From a virus (taxonomy: Duplodnaviria > Heunggongvirae > Uroviricota > Caudoviricetes), in the IMG/VR virus record IMGVR_UViG_2548876964_000015, positions 1 through 35,062 of that record: a stretch of DNA of 35,062 nucleotides; one strand, written 5' to 3'. The position numbers and the translations under genes were made by a program. A model generated the notes under the pieces. The model was given only the letters and a program-made list of their open reading frames with translations. It was not told the DNA's origin and made no database searches. Shown here one piece after another: positions 7,837-17,000 of this stretch; the stretch's first letter is position 1; each line of letters starts with the position of its first letter.

Positions 7837-8074
7837 AATTATGCCTCACTGTATTGACAACACAGAGCCTGAAGCTCTGACCTACTGTTTCACCCATGAT
7901 CCATGCTGGGGTAATCTAACAACATTGCGCTGTGTGTAAGATGAGCAATGCATAGCTGTAATGCCGTTGTATAAGGTTTCCCTGTTTGCTCATTTCCTTC
8001 TGAGCCGCTCTACAACGCTGAAGACACATTAAATAGTGAATCCAAAGTCGTATTACGTAACGGCGGCAAAACTA

Positions 8075-8091
8075 TAATTTATTAGAGCAAT
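8075..8091 (-). promoter_or_regulatory. C1-operator-like site (16/17)
   Basis: TAATTTATTAGAGCAAT is the reverse complement of the operator consensus with one mismatch; lies upstream of coi. Confidence 0.6.
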
Positions 8092-8156
8092 TGTCAAACA
8101 ACTATGAAAAACAATCCAGTTTTTGGCTGGTGGAGTGGGATTTTCTCTCAAAATTT

Positions 8157-8173
8157 ATTGCTCTAATAATTCT
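8157..8173 (+). promoter_or_regulatory. C1-operator-like site (15/17)
   Basis: ATTGCTCTAATAATTCT. Confidence 0.5.
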
Positions 8174-8216
8174 TGATTTTTATGCGTAGCTGGACGTAAA
8201 CTCCTCTTCGGACCTA

Positions 8217-8250
8217 ATAACTTCGTATAGCATACATTATACGAAGTTAT
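8217..8250 (+). other. loxP site (Cre recombination target)
   Basis: Exact ATAACTTCGTATA-GCATACAT-TATACGAAGTTAT. Confidence 0.97.
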
Positions 8251-8322
8251 CTTAAGGGTTATTGAACATGATTAATTTACCTGTAAATCCATACAGTTCA
8301 ATACCTTATCAGGTCAAATAGT

Positions 8323-8407
8323 GATCACTTGATCATTTGATCAAGGTTGCGCTACGTAAAATCTGCGAAATGTTGGCAGTGTTAGTGCTCCAGATTTCGC
8401 GTAGCGC
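8323..8407. promoter_or_regulatory. Three GATC sites within 20 bp plus an imperfect inverted repeat
   Basis: TGATCACTTGATCATTTGATCA (GATC at 8323, 8331, 8339); GCGCTACG (8349-8356) pairs with CGTAGCGC (8400-8407), and AAATCTG with CAGATTT. Confidence 0.45.
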
Positions 8408-8439
8408 ACTTAGCACCACCAATCAATCAGAGGTGAAAA

Positions 8440-8661
8440 ATGGGATATTCAGCTGCTAAAGTGTCCACTCATCTTGAGCTTGAGAAAAACCGTGGTTACT
8501 GGCGGGCAAAATGGTTTGAGCGTGATAGTTACCAACTGTCATTATCTCGCGGTGAAGAGAAAATAGAACGCACGCGCGGTCGCTGGCGTTTCTATGACGA
8601 GAACCATAACCAGGTAAAGGCAGAGCCAATCCTGTACACTCTGCTGAAAACAATAATTTAA
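8440..8661 (+). CDS. Hypothetical protein (73 aa)
   Basis: ATG preceded by GAGGTG at about -10; no recognisable domain. Confidence 0.45.
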   Translation: MGYSAAKVSTHLELEKNRGYWRAKWFERDSYQLSLSRGEEKIERTRGRWRFYDENHNQVKAEPILYTLLKTII

Positions 8662-8680
8662 CTTGATCATGAGGTGATGA

Positions 8681-9076
8681 ATGTTTAATGGCCTGACAGA
8701 TGCCAAGGTAAACGCCTTACTGAACGACGCAAAACAAAAAGCTGCTAACCCTGGAACGAATGAAAATGAACGTGCTATGGCTGTTGCAATTTGGGAGTTA
8801 GCAGAAGAAGTAAAGCGAAACCGCTTACTATACACTCGGGTTTACCAGCAATTTGATGGTGCGAGCTGGATAGATATCGAAGAGGCTGAATATGCAACAT
8901 GCAAAAAAGAAAAAAAGATTGTTCGGATTTTGCATAAAGCAGCAACCCCAATCACTGTAGAAATCCCCGATCACAGATATTTCGAGAACGATGATCTACC
9001 AGGGGATGTGATTCGAATTATTGATGAGATACTTCATGAACAAGGCTTAACTGTTAAAATCACGCATAATAAATGA
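8681..9076 (+). CDS. Hypothetical protein (131 aa), translationally coupled to cre
   Basis: ATG preceded by GAGGTG; stop TGA overlaps the cre ATG (ATGA). Confidence 0.55.
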   Translation: MFNGLTDAKVNALLNDAKQKAANPGTNENERAMAVAIWELAEEVKRNRLLYTRVYQQFDGASWIDIEEAEYATCKKEKKIVRILHKAATPITVEIPDHRYFENDDLPGDVIRIIDEILHEQGLTVKITHNK

Positions 9077-10104
9077 CTAATTCGTTAACCGTTCACCAAA
9101 ATTTGCCTGCATTGCCGGTCGATGCAACGAGTGATGAGGTTCGCAAGAACCTGATGGACATGTTCAGGGATCGCCAGGCGTTTTCTGATCATACCTGGAA
9201 AATGCTTCTGTCCGTTTGCCGGTCGTGGGCGGCATGGTGCAAGTTGAATAACCGGAAATGGTTTCCCGCAGAACCTGAAGATGTTCGCGATTACCTTCTA
9301 TATCTTCAGGCGCGTGGTCTGGCAGTAAAAACTATCCAGCAACATTTGGGCCAGCTAAACATGCTTCATCGTCGGTCCGGGCTGCCACGACCAAGTGACA
9401 GCAATGCTGTTTCACTGGTCATGCGACGGATCCGAAAAGAAAACGTTGATGCCGGTGAGCGTGCAAAACAGGCGCTGGCGTTCGAACGCACTGATTTCGA
9501 CCAGGTTCGTTCACTCATGGAAAATAGCGATCGCTGCCAGGATATACGTAATCTGGCATTTCTGGGGATTGCTTATAACACCCTGTTACGTATAGCCGAA
9601 ATTTCTAGGATCAGGGTTAAAGATATCTCACGTACTGACGGTGGGAGAATGTTAATCCATATTGGCAGAACGAAAACGCTGGTTAGCACCGCTGGTGTAG
9701 AGAAGGCACTTAGCCTGGGGGTAACTAAACTGGTTGAGCGATGGATTTCTGTCTCTGGTGTAGCTGATGATCCGAATAACTACCTGTTTTGCCGCGTCAG
9801 AAAAAATGGTGTTGCCGCGCCATCATCCACCAGCCAGCTATCAACTCGCGCCCTGGAAGGGATTTTTGAAGCAACTCACCGATTGATTTACGGGGCAAAA
9901 GATGACTCTGGTCAGCGATACCTGGCCTGGTCTGGACATAGTGCCCGTGTCGGTGCCGCGCGAGATATGGCCCGCGCCGGAGTTTCAATACCGGAGATCA
10001 TGCAAGCTGGTGGCTGGACCAACGTAAATATTGTCATGAACTACATTCGTAACCTGGATAGTGAAACGGGGGCAATGGTGCGCCTGCTGGAAGATGGCGA
10101 TTAG
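9073..10104 (+). CDS. cre: Cre tyrosine recombinase
   Basis: 343 aa, MTNSLTVHQNLPALPVDATSDEVRKNLMDMFRDRQAF...; matches Cre essentially throughout from memory. Confidence 0.97.
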   Translation: MTNSLTVHQNLPALPVDATSDEVRKNLMDMFRDRQAFSDHTWKMLLSVCRSWAAWCKLNNRKWFPAEPEDVRDYLLYLQARGLAVKTIQQHLGQLNMLHRRSGLPRPSDSNAVSLVMRRIRKENVDAGERAKQALAFERTDFDQVRSLMENSDRCQDIRNLAFLGIAYNTLLRIAEISRIRVKDISRTDGGRMLIHIGRTKTLVSTAGVEKALSLGVTKLVERWISVSGVADDPNNYLFCRVRKNGVAAPSSTSQLSTRALEGIFEATHRLIYGAKDDSGQRYLAWSGHSARVGAARDMARAGVSIPEIMQAGGWTNVNIVMNYIRNLDSETGAMVRLLEDGD

Positions 10105-10121
10105 CCGTTCATTTTTACTTG

Positions 10122-10138
10122 ATTGCTCTAATTATTTG
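10122..10138 (+). promoter_or_regulatory. C1-operator-like site (14/17)
   Basis: ATTGCTCTAATTATTTG, 18 nt after the cre stop. Confidence 0.5.
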
Positions 10139-10154
10139 ATATTTATGGTGACAC

Positions 10155-10466
10155 ATGCGGAAGGATTTCAAAATAGACGGAAAATATGTGGTGCTGTCTG
10201 TAAGCTCTCAAATTCAGTCACCATCTGTCATTGTCACCGTAAAATTGAGCGATAGGATGCCTGATATCGACTCGATATCTGTTGCGTTCCCCGTTAAAAG
10301 CATGCGGAGTGCTGAACATTTTGTGATGAATGCAACGGAGGAGGAAGCGCGGCGAGGGCTTACTAGAGTGATGGCGGAATTTGGCGAACTCCTGGGTAAG
10401 GTAAACAATGCCCTTTCAATCAGTTCAGCAAGATCCAAAGCGTTAACAGCTTCCATGATGAAATAA
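10155..10466 (+). CDS. Hypothetical protein (103 aa)
   Basis: ATG with GGTGA upstream; followed by hairpin GCCTGGC-AAGGA-GCCAGGC at 10471-10489. Confidence 0.45.
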   Translation: MRKDFKIDGKYVVLSVSSQIQSPSVIVTVKLSDRMPDIDSISVAFPVKSMRSAEHFVMNATEEEARRGLTRVMAEFGELLGKVNNALSISSARSKALTASMMK

Positions 10467-10596
10467 AAAAGCCTGGCAAGGAGCCAGGCTGCACAAAAGA
10501 GCGGGTTTGTATTCCGCATCCAATCAATCAAGAAAGAGTATAGCACACAGGTACTGAAGTGAAAAAATGTGATTCTCGATTAACAAAATATCTACC

Positions 10597-10626
10597 ATTG
10601 CTCTAATTGATTGCTATAATTGAGCC
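10597..10626 (+). promoter_or_regulatory. Tandem C1-operator-like sites upstream of ref
   Basis: ATTGCTCTAATTGATTG (14/17) then ATTGCTATAATTGAG (weaker, contains TATAAT). Confidence 0.5.
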
Positions 10627-10680
10627 GCAGTTTTTGTCAACTACGAAGACGTTGCCATTACTTAACTCCTTGACATCATT

Positions 10681-10708
10681 GGCGGCCATTAGGCCGCCTT
10701 TTTTTTGC
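10681..10708 (+). terminator. GC hairpin plus T8 tract directly upstream of the ref ATG
   Basis: GGCGGCC-ATTA-GGCCGCC then TTTTTTTT. Confidence 0.45.
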
Positions 10709-10711
10709 CAT

Positions 10712-11272
10712 ATGAAAACAATCGAACAAAAACTTGAACAGCGCCGCGAGTGGCAGAAGGCAGCCAGAGAACGAGCGATCGCTCGGCAACGGGAAAAGTT
10801 GGCTGACCCCGCCTGGAGAGAATCGCAATATCAGAAAATGCGGGATTCTATCGACCGCCGTATCGCTAAACAGAAAGAGCGCCTACCAGCCAGCAAAACG
10901 CGGAAAAGCGCGGTAAAAATAAAATCTCGTGGCTTGAAGGGGAGAACACCAACGGCGGAGGAACGGCGCATCGCCAATGCTCTTGGCGCTCTCCCCTGCA
11001 TTGCCTGCTATATGCATGGAGTAATATCTAATGAGGTGTCTCTGCACCATATCGCCGGTCGTACCGCGCCGGGTTGTCATAAAAAGCAATTGCCACTTTG
11101 TAGATGGCACCACCAGCATGCAGCTCCGGCTGAAGTAAGAGAAAAATACCCATGGCTGGTCCCTGTTCATGCCGATGGTGTGGTTGGAGGCAAGAAAGAA
11201 TTCACCTTGCTGAACAAGTCAGAGATGGAGTTACTGGCTGATGCCTATGAGATGGCAAACATCATGCACTAA
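10712..11272 (+). CDS. ref: Ref, HNH-type endonuclease (recombination enhancement function)
   Basis: 186-aa product from internal ATG, MKTIEQKLEQRREWQKAARERA...; Cys/His-rich HNH-like C-terminus (SLHHIAGRTAPGCHKKQLPLCRWHH). The track ORF from 10607 begins at a TTG inside the operator. Confidence 0.8.
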   Translation: MKTIEQKLEQRREWQKAARERAIARQREKLADPAWRESQYQKMRDSIDRRIAKQKERLPASKTRKSAVKIKSRGLKGRTPTAEERRIANALGALPCIACYMHGVISNEVSLHHIAGRTAPGCHKKQLPLCRWHHQHAAPAEVREKYPWLVPVHADGVVGGKKEFTLLNKSEMELLADAYEMANIMH

Positions 11273-11308
11273 TAAATATATTATTTTTAATGATAAATGA
11301 TTGACAAC

Positions 11309-11335
11309 TGACAAGTGACTTCAGTCAGAATCATC
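11309..11335 (+). promoter_or_regulatory. Candidate late-promoter element upstream of mat
   Basis: TGACAAGTGACT; the same ACAAGTGA(C/T)T core occurs upstream of prt and of lyz. Confidence 0.4.
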
Positions 11336-11461
11336 ACACGCCCGGTACGGATGGATCCCTTTTCAAATATTCCATGGACGGCACAGTCTGAGTACCGGGC
11401 GCTACCTTCAGTTGTATTGCTAAGCCGCCGCTGGTGGCTTTTCTTTTTTGTAGGGGGCGCT

Positions 11462-12103
11462 ATGGATAAGAAAATATGCGTTGTTTCGATGAGCGTCGGC
11501 AAACCGGCGTCAATGACTGCTGCATGGATCAATAACGAGCTGATAATGGCTGAGCGGACCAGCTACCCTGAACGCCGCCGCGATATGGAACTCCAGCTGC
11601 TGCGCGAATTGCGAGAAAAAGAGGAAAAGGGTTTTATCGTGCTGGTGGAAGAGGAAAACAGCTTTATTACTGGTCGAGTTGGCCAGCGTGTAAGGTTGCG
11701 CGATCCCTTCATGAACGGCAGGCCGGTACTGATTGAAGCAATGCAGATTTACAAGGAGCTGGAACGCCAGAAAGCAATCAAGTTACCGCGCAAGGAATCC
11801 GGCAAATACATTCTCCACCAAAGCATCTTCGATTCCGAACACGATAAAAAAGGCGATGAATTTTTCAACATCAACTGGAGCGAAATAACGACAGAGCATG
11901 TTCTGACGTTACTATGTTGCTTTGCGACGGAATACAACAACGTTGCCAGCGCCGACTACATCAGGGCAATGGCTGGAGAAGTTGAGGCCCGCCAAGAACC
12001 ATCGTTACTAAGTCCACTGATTAACATAATTCTGGGCACCCAGATACTGGAACAAAAAAAAGTGCCGAAAGGGGTATTAACAGGCAAGCATAATTATTTT
12101 TAA
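11462..12103 (+). CDS. mat: Mat-like particle maturation protein (by position)
   Basis: ATG at 11462 has SD GGGGG; track ORF from 11315 starts at a GTG inside the promoter motif. Product assigned by gene order only. Confidence 0.55.
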   Translation: MDKKICVVSMSVGKPASMTAAWINNELIMAERTSYPERRRDMELQLLRELREKEEKGFIVLVEEENSFITGRVGQRVRLRDPFMNGRPVLIEAMQIYKELERQKAIKLPRKESGKYILHQSIFDSEHDKKGDEFFNINWSEITTEHVLTLLCCFATEYNNVASADYIRAMAGEVEARQEPSLLSPLINIILGTQILEQKKVPKGVLTGKHNYF

Positions 12104-12196
12104 CAATTACATACAGTAATTTTGTGGTTACATTCTCCATTGATTTTCTAACCGCTTTATCATTAGATGTAACAGCATGTAAATCATTTAAAATGG

Positions 12197-13333
12197 ATGA
12201 AAGCAATGGGGAATGAAGTTTATCAAAGTCAAAAATGCAAGTTGAAATATTCAAAATCTCAAATTGATAGGGCTGCTCAATTGATAAGGCACGGGTGTAG
12301 TGACGAAGAAAGGCAGCAATCTATTGAAATGATACAAAATTTCCGTGAGCTGCATCTTTATCCATTAATGCTCATGAAAAATCATTTAGCAAGAGCAGCT
12401 GCTAAGGTTGACAAGGACAAAAAGATTCTCGTTGCAAGAAGACTTAAGCGACTTTCTACCATAATAGATAAACTAGAGCGTCCTAGTCTTGATGGAGGCA
12501 GAACTAGCAATGCAATTAAATTAACACGGATGCAGGACGTTGGCGGATGTAGGGCCATTGTCAGAAACTTAGACCAGTTGATACAGCTAAAGGAACGTCT
12601 TTTAAAAAGCAAATCTGTTCATAGGATTGTTAAAGAGTATGATTATCTTACTCCCAAAGACAGCGGCTATAGTGGAATCCACCTTGCATACAGTTGCTTC
12701 GATCAGAAAGAGGATCAATATCCGTGGCGAAAAACAAAGATTGAGATACAGTTAAGAACTCAATTGCAGCATGCTTGGGCTACTAGCCTTGAAATAATTG
12801 ATACCCTTGAAGGTATCAAGCTGAAAACTTCAAGTGAAGGGCATCCAGAATGGAGACGATTTTTCTATCTAGCCGGATGTCTTGTAGCGCACGACGAAAA
12901 AGCCTGCACTCTTGATGAGCTAGTTGTATCTCAGTATGAAGGCGAGCTTAAAGAGCTGGAACGGACTTTATCTGTACGGAGGAAACTAAGCACATACACC
13001 ATCGCCTTAAATTTAACTTCTGACGCGAATTTGATTAAGAAGTTGCCAAAAAATCATAAGGGGCATTACTTAGTAACAATGAGAAATGCAGAAAACAAGC
13101 CCAATACAAAAAACAAAAAAATGTTCCTAGTGTCTGTTCGCGCATTTAAAACAAAAGAAGCAGATGAAGCCCTTGAGGCCTTAAATAAAGACGATTCTAA
13201 TCCTAATGTATTGATATCTGTTCTCGTTGCTACAGATAACATTAAGTCACTAAAAAAAGCCTACCCCAACTATTTTGGCTCAACAAACCAGTTTACAAAA
13301 TTCTTAGATAAGCATCTTCGTAACGAAGGATAG
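12197..13333 (+). CDS. RelA/SpoT-like nucleotide pyrophosphokinase, toxSAS-type with extra C-terminal domain (fused toxin-antitoxin candidate, CapRel-like)
   Basis: Synthetase-domain motifs visible: RMQDVGGCRAIV, KEYDYLTPKDSGYSGIHL, KIEIQLRTQLQHAWA. About 170 aa of unrecognised C-terminal sequence follow. Confidence 0.8.
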   Translation: MKAMGNEVYQSQKCKLKYSKSQIDRAAQLIRHGCSDEERQQSIEMIQNFRELHLYPLMLMKNHLARAAAKVDKDKKILVARRLKRLSTIIDKLERPSLDGGRTSNAIKLTRMQDVGGCRAIVRNLDQLIQLKERLLKSKSVHRIVKEYDYLTPKDSGYSGIHLAYSCFDQKEDQYPWRKTKIEIQLRTQLQHAWATSLEIIDTLEGIKLKTSSEGHPEWRRFFYLAGCLVAHDEKACTLDELVVSQYEGELKELERTLSVRRKLSTYTIALNLTSDANLIKKLPKNHKGHYLVTMRNAENKPNTKNKKMFLVSVRAFKTKEADEALEALNKDDSNPNVLISVLVATDNIKSLKKAYPNYFGSTNQFTKFLDKHLRNEG

Positions 13334-13341
13334 TTGCTTAA

Positions 13342-13366
13342 TTTTGCCCGGTAATTCCGGGCAAAA
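13342..13366. terminator. Bidirectional hairpin terminator
   Basis: TTTTGCCCGG-TAATT-CCGGGCAAAA, flanked by A/T on both sides, between convergent stops at 13333 and 13370. Confidence 0.6.
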
Positions 13367-13369
13367 TTG

Positions 13370-13618
13370 TCAATCTGCATTCAGGAGCAATGCGTTATCT
13401 ATGATGATCTGCTCCCATTCTTCGAATGCCCGATCGCGGACGCCCTGGGGAACACTGTTAGTTTTGAAATCGACCACCGTCCGCCATTTCCCGTCCGGGC
13501 GGTACATGCGCAGAGCTTTACTTCCCCCTTCCCTGCGCACCTCAACGTTATGCTTATCAGCAAACTCTTGTAATGCTCGTAGCGTCCCATGCTTTACTGT
13601 GTAGTATCGCTTTTTCAA
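13370..13618 (-). CDS. Small basic protein (82 aa); possibly the C1 co-repressor Lxc/Bof (tentative, by size and position)
   Basis: Start overlaps the stop of the upstream ORF (ATGA); 82 aa matches my recollection of P1 Bof length. Confidence 0.45.
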   Translation of the reverse strand: MKKRYYTVKHGTLRALQEFADKHNVEVRREGGSKALRMYRPDGKWRTVVDFKTNSVPQGVRDRAFEEWEQIIIDNALLLNAD

Positions 13619-14055
13619 GTTTTCTCTCCAGCCTGTGCCAAGGCTTCAACTTCCAAATCGTAAGACTCAAACTCATAGTCCTGGTCGTCAACTTCTTCAG
13701 GCACTGGCAGTAAATGCCAGGCTGAGTATATCTGACCATTATCAAAACGCTCCTGGCTGTAGAGCGTCGCGGCTATGAGCGTCAGCGCCGGGCGGTCATA
13801 ACGGTAAATTTTGCGAACGTCACGGTCAACGAGACGACCGAAATTACCATAACCGCGCTCCAGTAATAATTTTTTAATTTCCGGCCAGTATGGACCATAG
13901 CTGCGGTACAGGCGGGGATTTTTCAGTAATCGCCCGCGTAGCCCTGACAGGAAGAAATCAACGTATTCATCTTCTGTCTTTCCTAACAACGCTGTACGGA
14001 GTACCGCCTCAAGATATGTTTTATTCGGTTTTATTGTATCAGATAGTGTGGCCAT
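13615..14055 (-). CDS. Hypothetical protein (146 aa) downstream of darB
   Basis: Same strand as darB, 33 nt after its stop; coupled to the 82-aa ORF. Confidence 0.5.
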   Translation of the reverse strand: MATLSDTIKPNKTYLEAVLRTALLGKTEDEYVDFFLSGLRGRLLKNPRLYRSYGPYWPEIKKLLLERGYGNFGRLVDRDVRKIYRYDRPALTLIAATLYSQERFDNGQIYSAWHLLPVPEEVDDQDYEFESYDLEVEALAQAGEKT

Positions 14056-14088
14056 ATTATGCGACGCCCGGCGAACCGGGCGCTCCTG

Positions 14089-17000
14089 TTATGCGTATTG
14101 TTGGATGACGGCCAGAACGTCCGCCACGTTGTGTTTTGTCTCGATAATCCACCAGTTACCCGGGAAATCGCTGTTCTTCGCCTTCGCTGGCAGCCAGCGA
14201 GCGCCGAATTTCGCCTTGATTGCGTCTTTCGCACGGAAAAGAACGCCTTTCATGCCTGAGGCTTCCTGAAGCCCAAATACCTCGCCAGCGGCGAATTTTG
14301 GTGCATACATCATCTTCAGGTCGGCGGTGGATACGCGATAATTCAGACCAAGAGACTGAGCTATGCTGGTGGCATCACCCTGTATTGATGATAACTCTTC
14401 TTGTTTCTCGTTTCTGGCGGCAATTTCTTCCTCCGTGATGTTGCCTAGGGCCAGGTTTATCCGATCGGCGTCGGCCTGTTTCTCTTCATCGGTGCGCCCG
14501 GCAAGAACCGTGTTAATTCTCTGCAATATCTCAACATGATTCTTGCGCATGCTGAGTAATTCCGGCGTAACCTCGTTAAGGTCCACCAGCCCAAGGATGG
14601 CAAGGTCAGTAAACATTGATACCAGGTTGTAGGTCATGCGATAGCTGAGTTGGCCATAGGCTGATGGCAACTGCACCGCATCCATTTTATAGGCATCCAT
14701 AAATTTAGAGCCGTCGTTTACGACATCTGCAATTGCCGGTGTGATTTTTCCTGTTGTGGCGGCCTCCCTGATTGCTGTTACCCACGATTGAGTCAGCGCG
14801 GCGACTGCATGATTCAGATTGGCTTTCCGTTCTGCTGCGATGCGCGCGCTTGCTGCGTCCATTGCCTGCTTGATCTCGGCTTTATTGCTGTAAATGCCAA
14901 TGGTGCCAAACTGTGCTGTGGTGATCTCATAATCTGACGCCCGGAACTCATTGGTACCGAAAATGGCATTGGTGACTTCAAGTTCAGAATCCCCGTTACG
15001 AGTAGCCCCCTGGCTTGTTTTTTCCGGCATTCTGGCGATCGCATCCGCTATTTTCTCCTGAATTGCTTCAGGGGATAGCGTATCTCCGTATGACGCGATT
15101 ACATCGCCATAATTGGAGCCAAACAGTTCAACCAGGAATGTTTCTGCCGAACGGATCTGGCGGTTATTCCCTTCCGACATCATACCAAGCACCCATTTTG
15201 CAATTGACGACTTCAGCGCGCCGTCACGGCGATCCGGGTAAACCGCATGCTTCAGTGGGTCCGTATAGGTACCAACAAAATCAATGCTATAGCCTGACTC
15301 TGTAGTCTGAACGCCGTATGAGTCAGTGATTTTGATCATGCCGCGCTGCTGGAAACGGTAGAAATCGTCACAGGAAATGATGTCGTTAATCCCGGCGATG
15401 GAGACGCCACCACTGATTTTCTGCATAACAGCATCTTCATCAGGAGTTACATCAACCTGTTTATCCAGCGTCTTCACATCCCAGTTACCCGATTTGGTGC
15501 CTTTGAAGGTAAAGATGATCTCCACGTCTGCGCGCTGGCTGTCGAAGTCCAGCGACTTAATGCGAACGATATCACCGGCACAATCGTAGTATTGGCCTAC
15601 ACGCCATGAGCGATCGCCGATAACAAGGAACTCACTCGCATGGTTAACCAGATCAGGATCAACATCCAGAATGCCTTTATTTATTGCATCCTCCACCAGC
15701 GGGCGCAGGCGTTTGATATCCGTCGCGGCCTTCTGAGTACGGTTCAATAATTTCTCATAGCGGGAGATGGCCTGAGAGATATTAGCCTTGCGCTGAATGG
15801 CGCTTTTCAACGACGCGCGATACTGTGCTAACAACGTACGGTCTGTGTGATGGACGCTACCCCAGCGGGCTTTCCAGTCTGCGTTATCAGCTGCTTTGGC
15901 CATTACCGCCTGTTTGAATTTAGCTACCTCGGCGGTGGTCTTTTCAAGTTCCGCTTTGCTTCGCTCTAATTCAGCGGTAAGTACCTCCACATCCTCGCCT
16001 GCTGCGTGCTGCGCCTTGATGTAGTTCTGAAGGTCGATAGTAGCCTGTTCTTTCTGGCGAGCGCGTTGCGCGGCTTTCGCCTTATCCATTTGAACCTGCA
16101 TCATTGCCAGACGTTCGCCATCATCCTTAGCGGTATACATCTGCATTTCGATCATATCGTTGGCGTCGGCGTTCTCCATTTCTGACTTATCTGAACGGAG
16201 GATATCGGAGATCCAGCCTGCTTTACGCTTCAGCGTCTTCAGTCGGTATTCATCGAAAGAACCCTTGCCGCAGTAGTAGTGAACGCGAACGCTTGCACGG
16301 TTGGAACCAACTCGGGCACCGCGACCGTTACGCTGTGCGATACTGGCTGGTGTCCATGGCAACGTCAGATGATGGATGTCAGTCGTTCCTCGATGCAGGT
16401 TGATACCCACCTCTGCCTTTTTGTTGCAGATGATGATCGGAGTCCGGCCCTCCTGGAAGTCGGCAGCAATCTTTTCCAGCCCGCCCAGCGACATTTCATT
16501 TTGCTGCGCGATATAGGCGTCATACAGAGCCATTTGCTCGTTGTATTTCGCTATCTGTGCATCTGTTGGTTCATCCGGTAGCTCTTTCGGCGGTTTAACC
16601 GCTTTCAGTTTCTTACCGGTTTTACCTGCCTCGGCAACCGTCTGAGCATTCAGTATCCCCACCTTTGAAGGTTCAAGGTTAAGAGCATTGCAGATAATGC
16701 GCTTGAGCTTCTGGTGCTGCGTTTTTTCATCGGTGAAGATGATTTGCTTACCTTCCGGGAAAAACTCCTTCAGCGTGGCAATCAGCTTCGCGTATTTGGG
16801 CGTAACGGGGTGAGTTACGGTCTGTTCGTCAATGCCAAACCTGGCCAGGCGCTTATTCACTTCCTGCTCGAACGCTTCCGGAACCTGCAACTGAATAAAC
16901 TCGCCCTTATCTATCAGGGAGTATTGCGATTGCTGCGTGATTGAATCATCACTGTCGTCGTCTTCGCTGGTGGCTTGTTTAGGCAAACTGTCCGCCAGCT

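Noticed and set aside
8323-8342. TGATCA repeats as a P1 pac site
   Set aside because: Only three hexamers, located in the cre upstream region rather than inside a pacA gene; more consistent with Dam-regulated promoter sites.
10607-10711. Upstream extensions of ref (TTG at 10607), mat (GTG at 11315), pro (TTG at 22604) and lyz (to 25937) from the ORF track
   Set aside because: The extensions begin at non-ATG codons inside operator or promoter motifs or lack a Shine-Dalgarno; internal ATGs with good ribosome-binding sites give products of the expected length.
12104-14088. Search for type III restriction-modification genes (res/mod) expected between mat and lxc in P1
   Set aside because: No ORF with methyltransferase or restriction helicase motifs exists in this interval; the only methyltransferase motifs in the window belong to darB.
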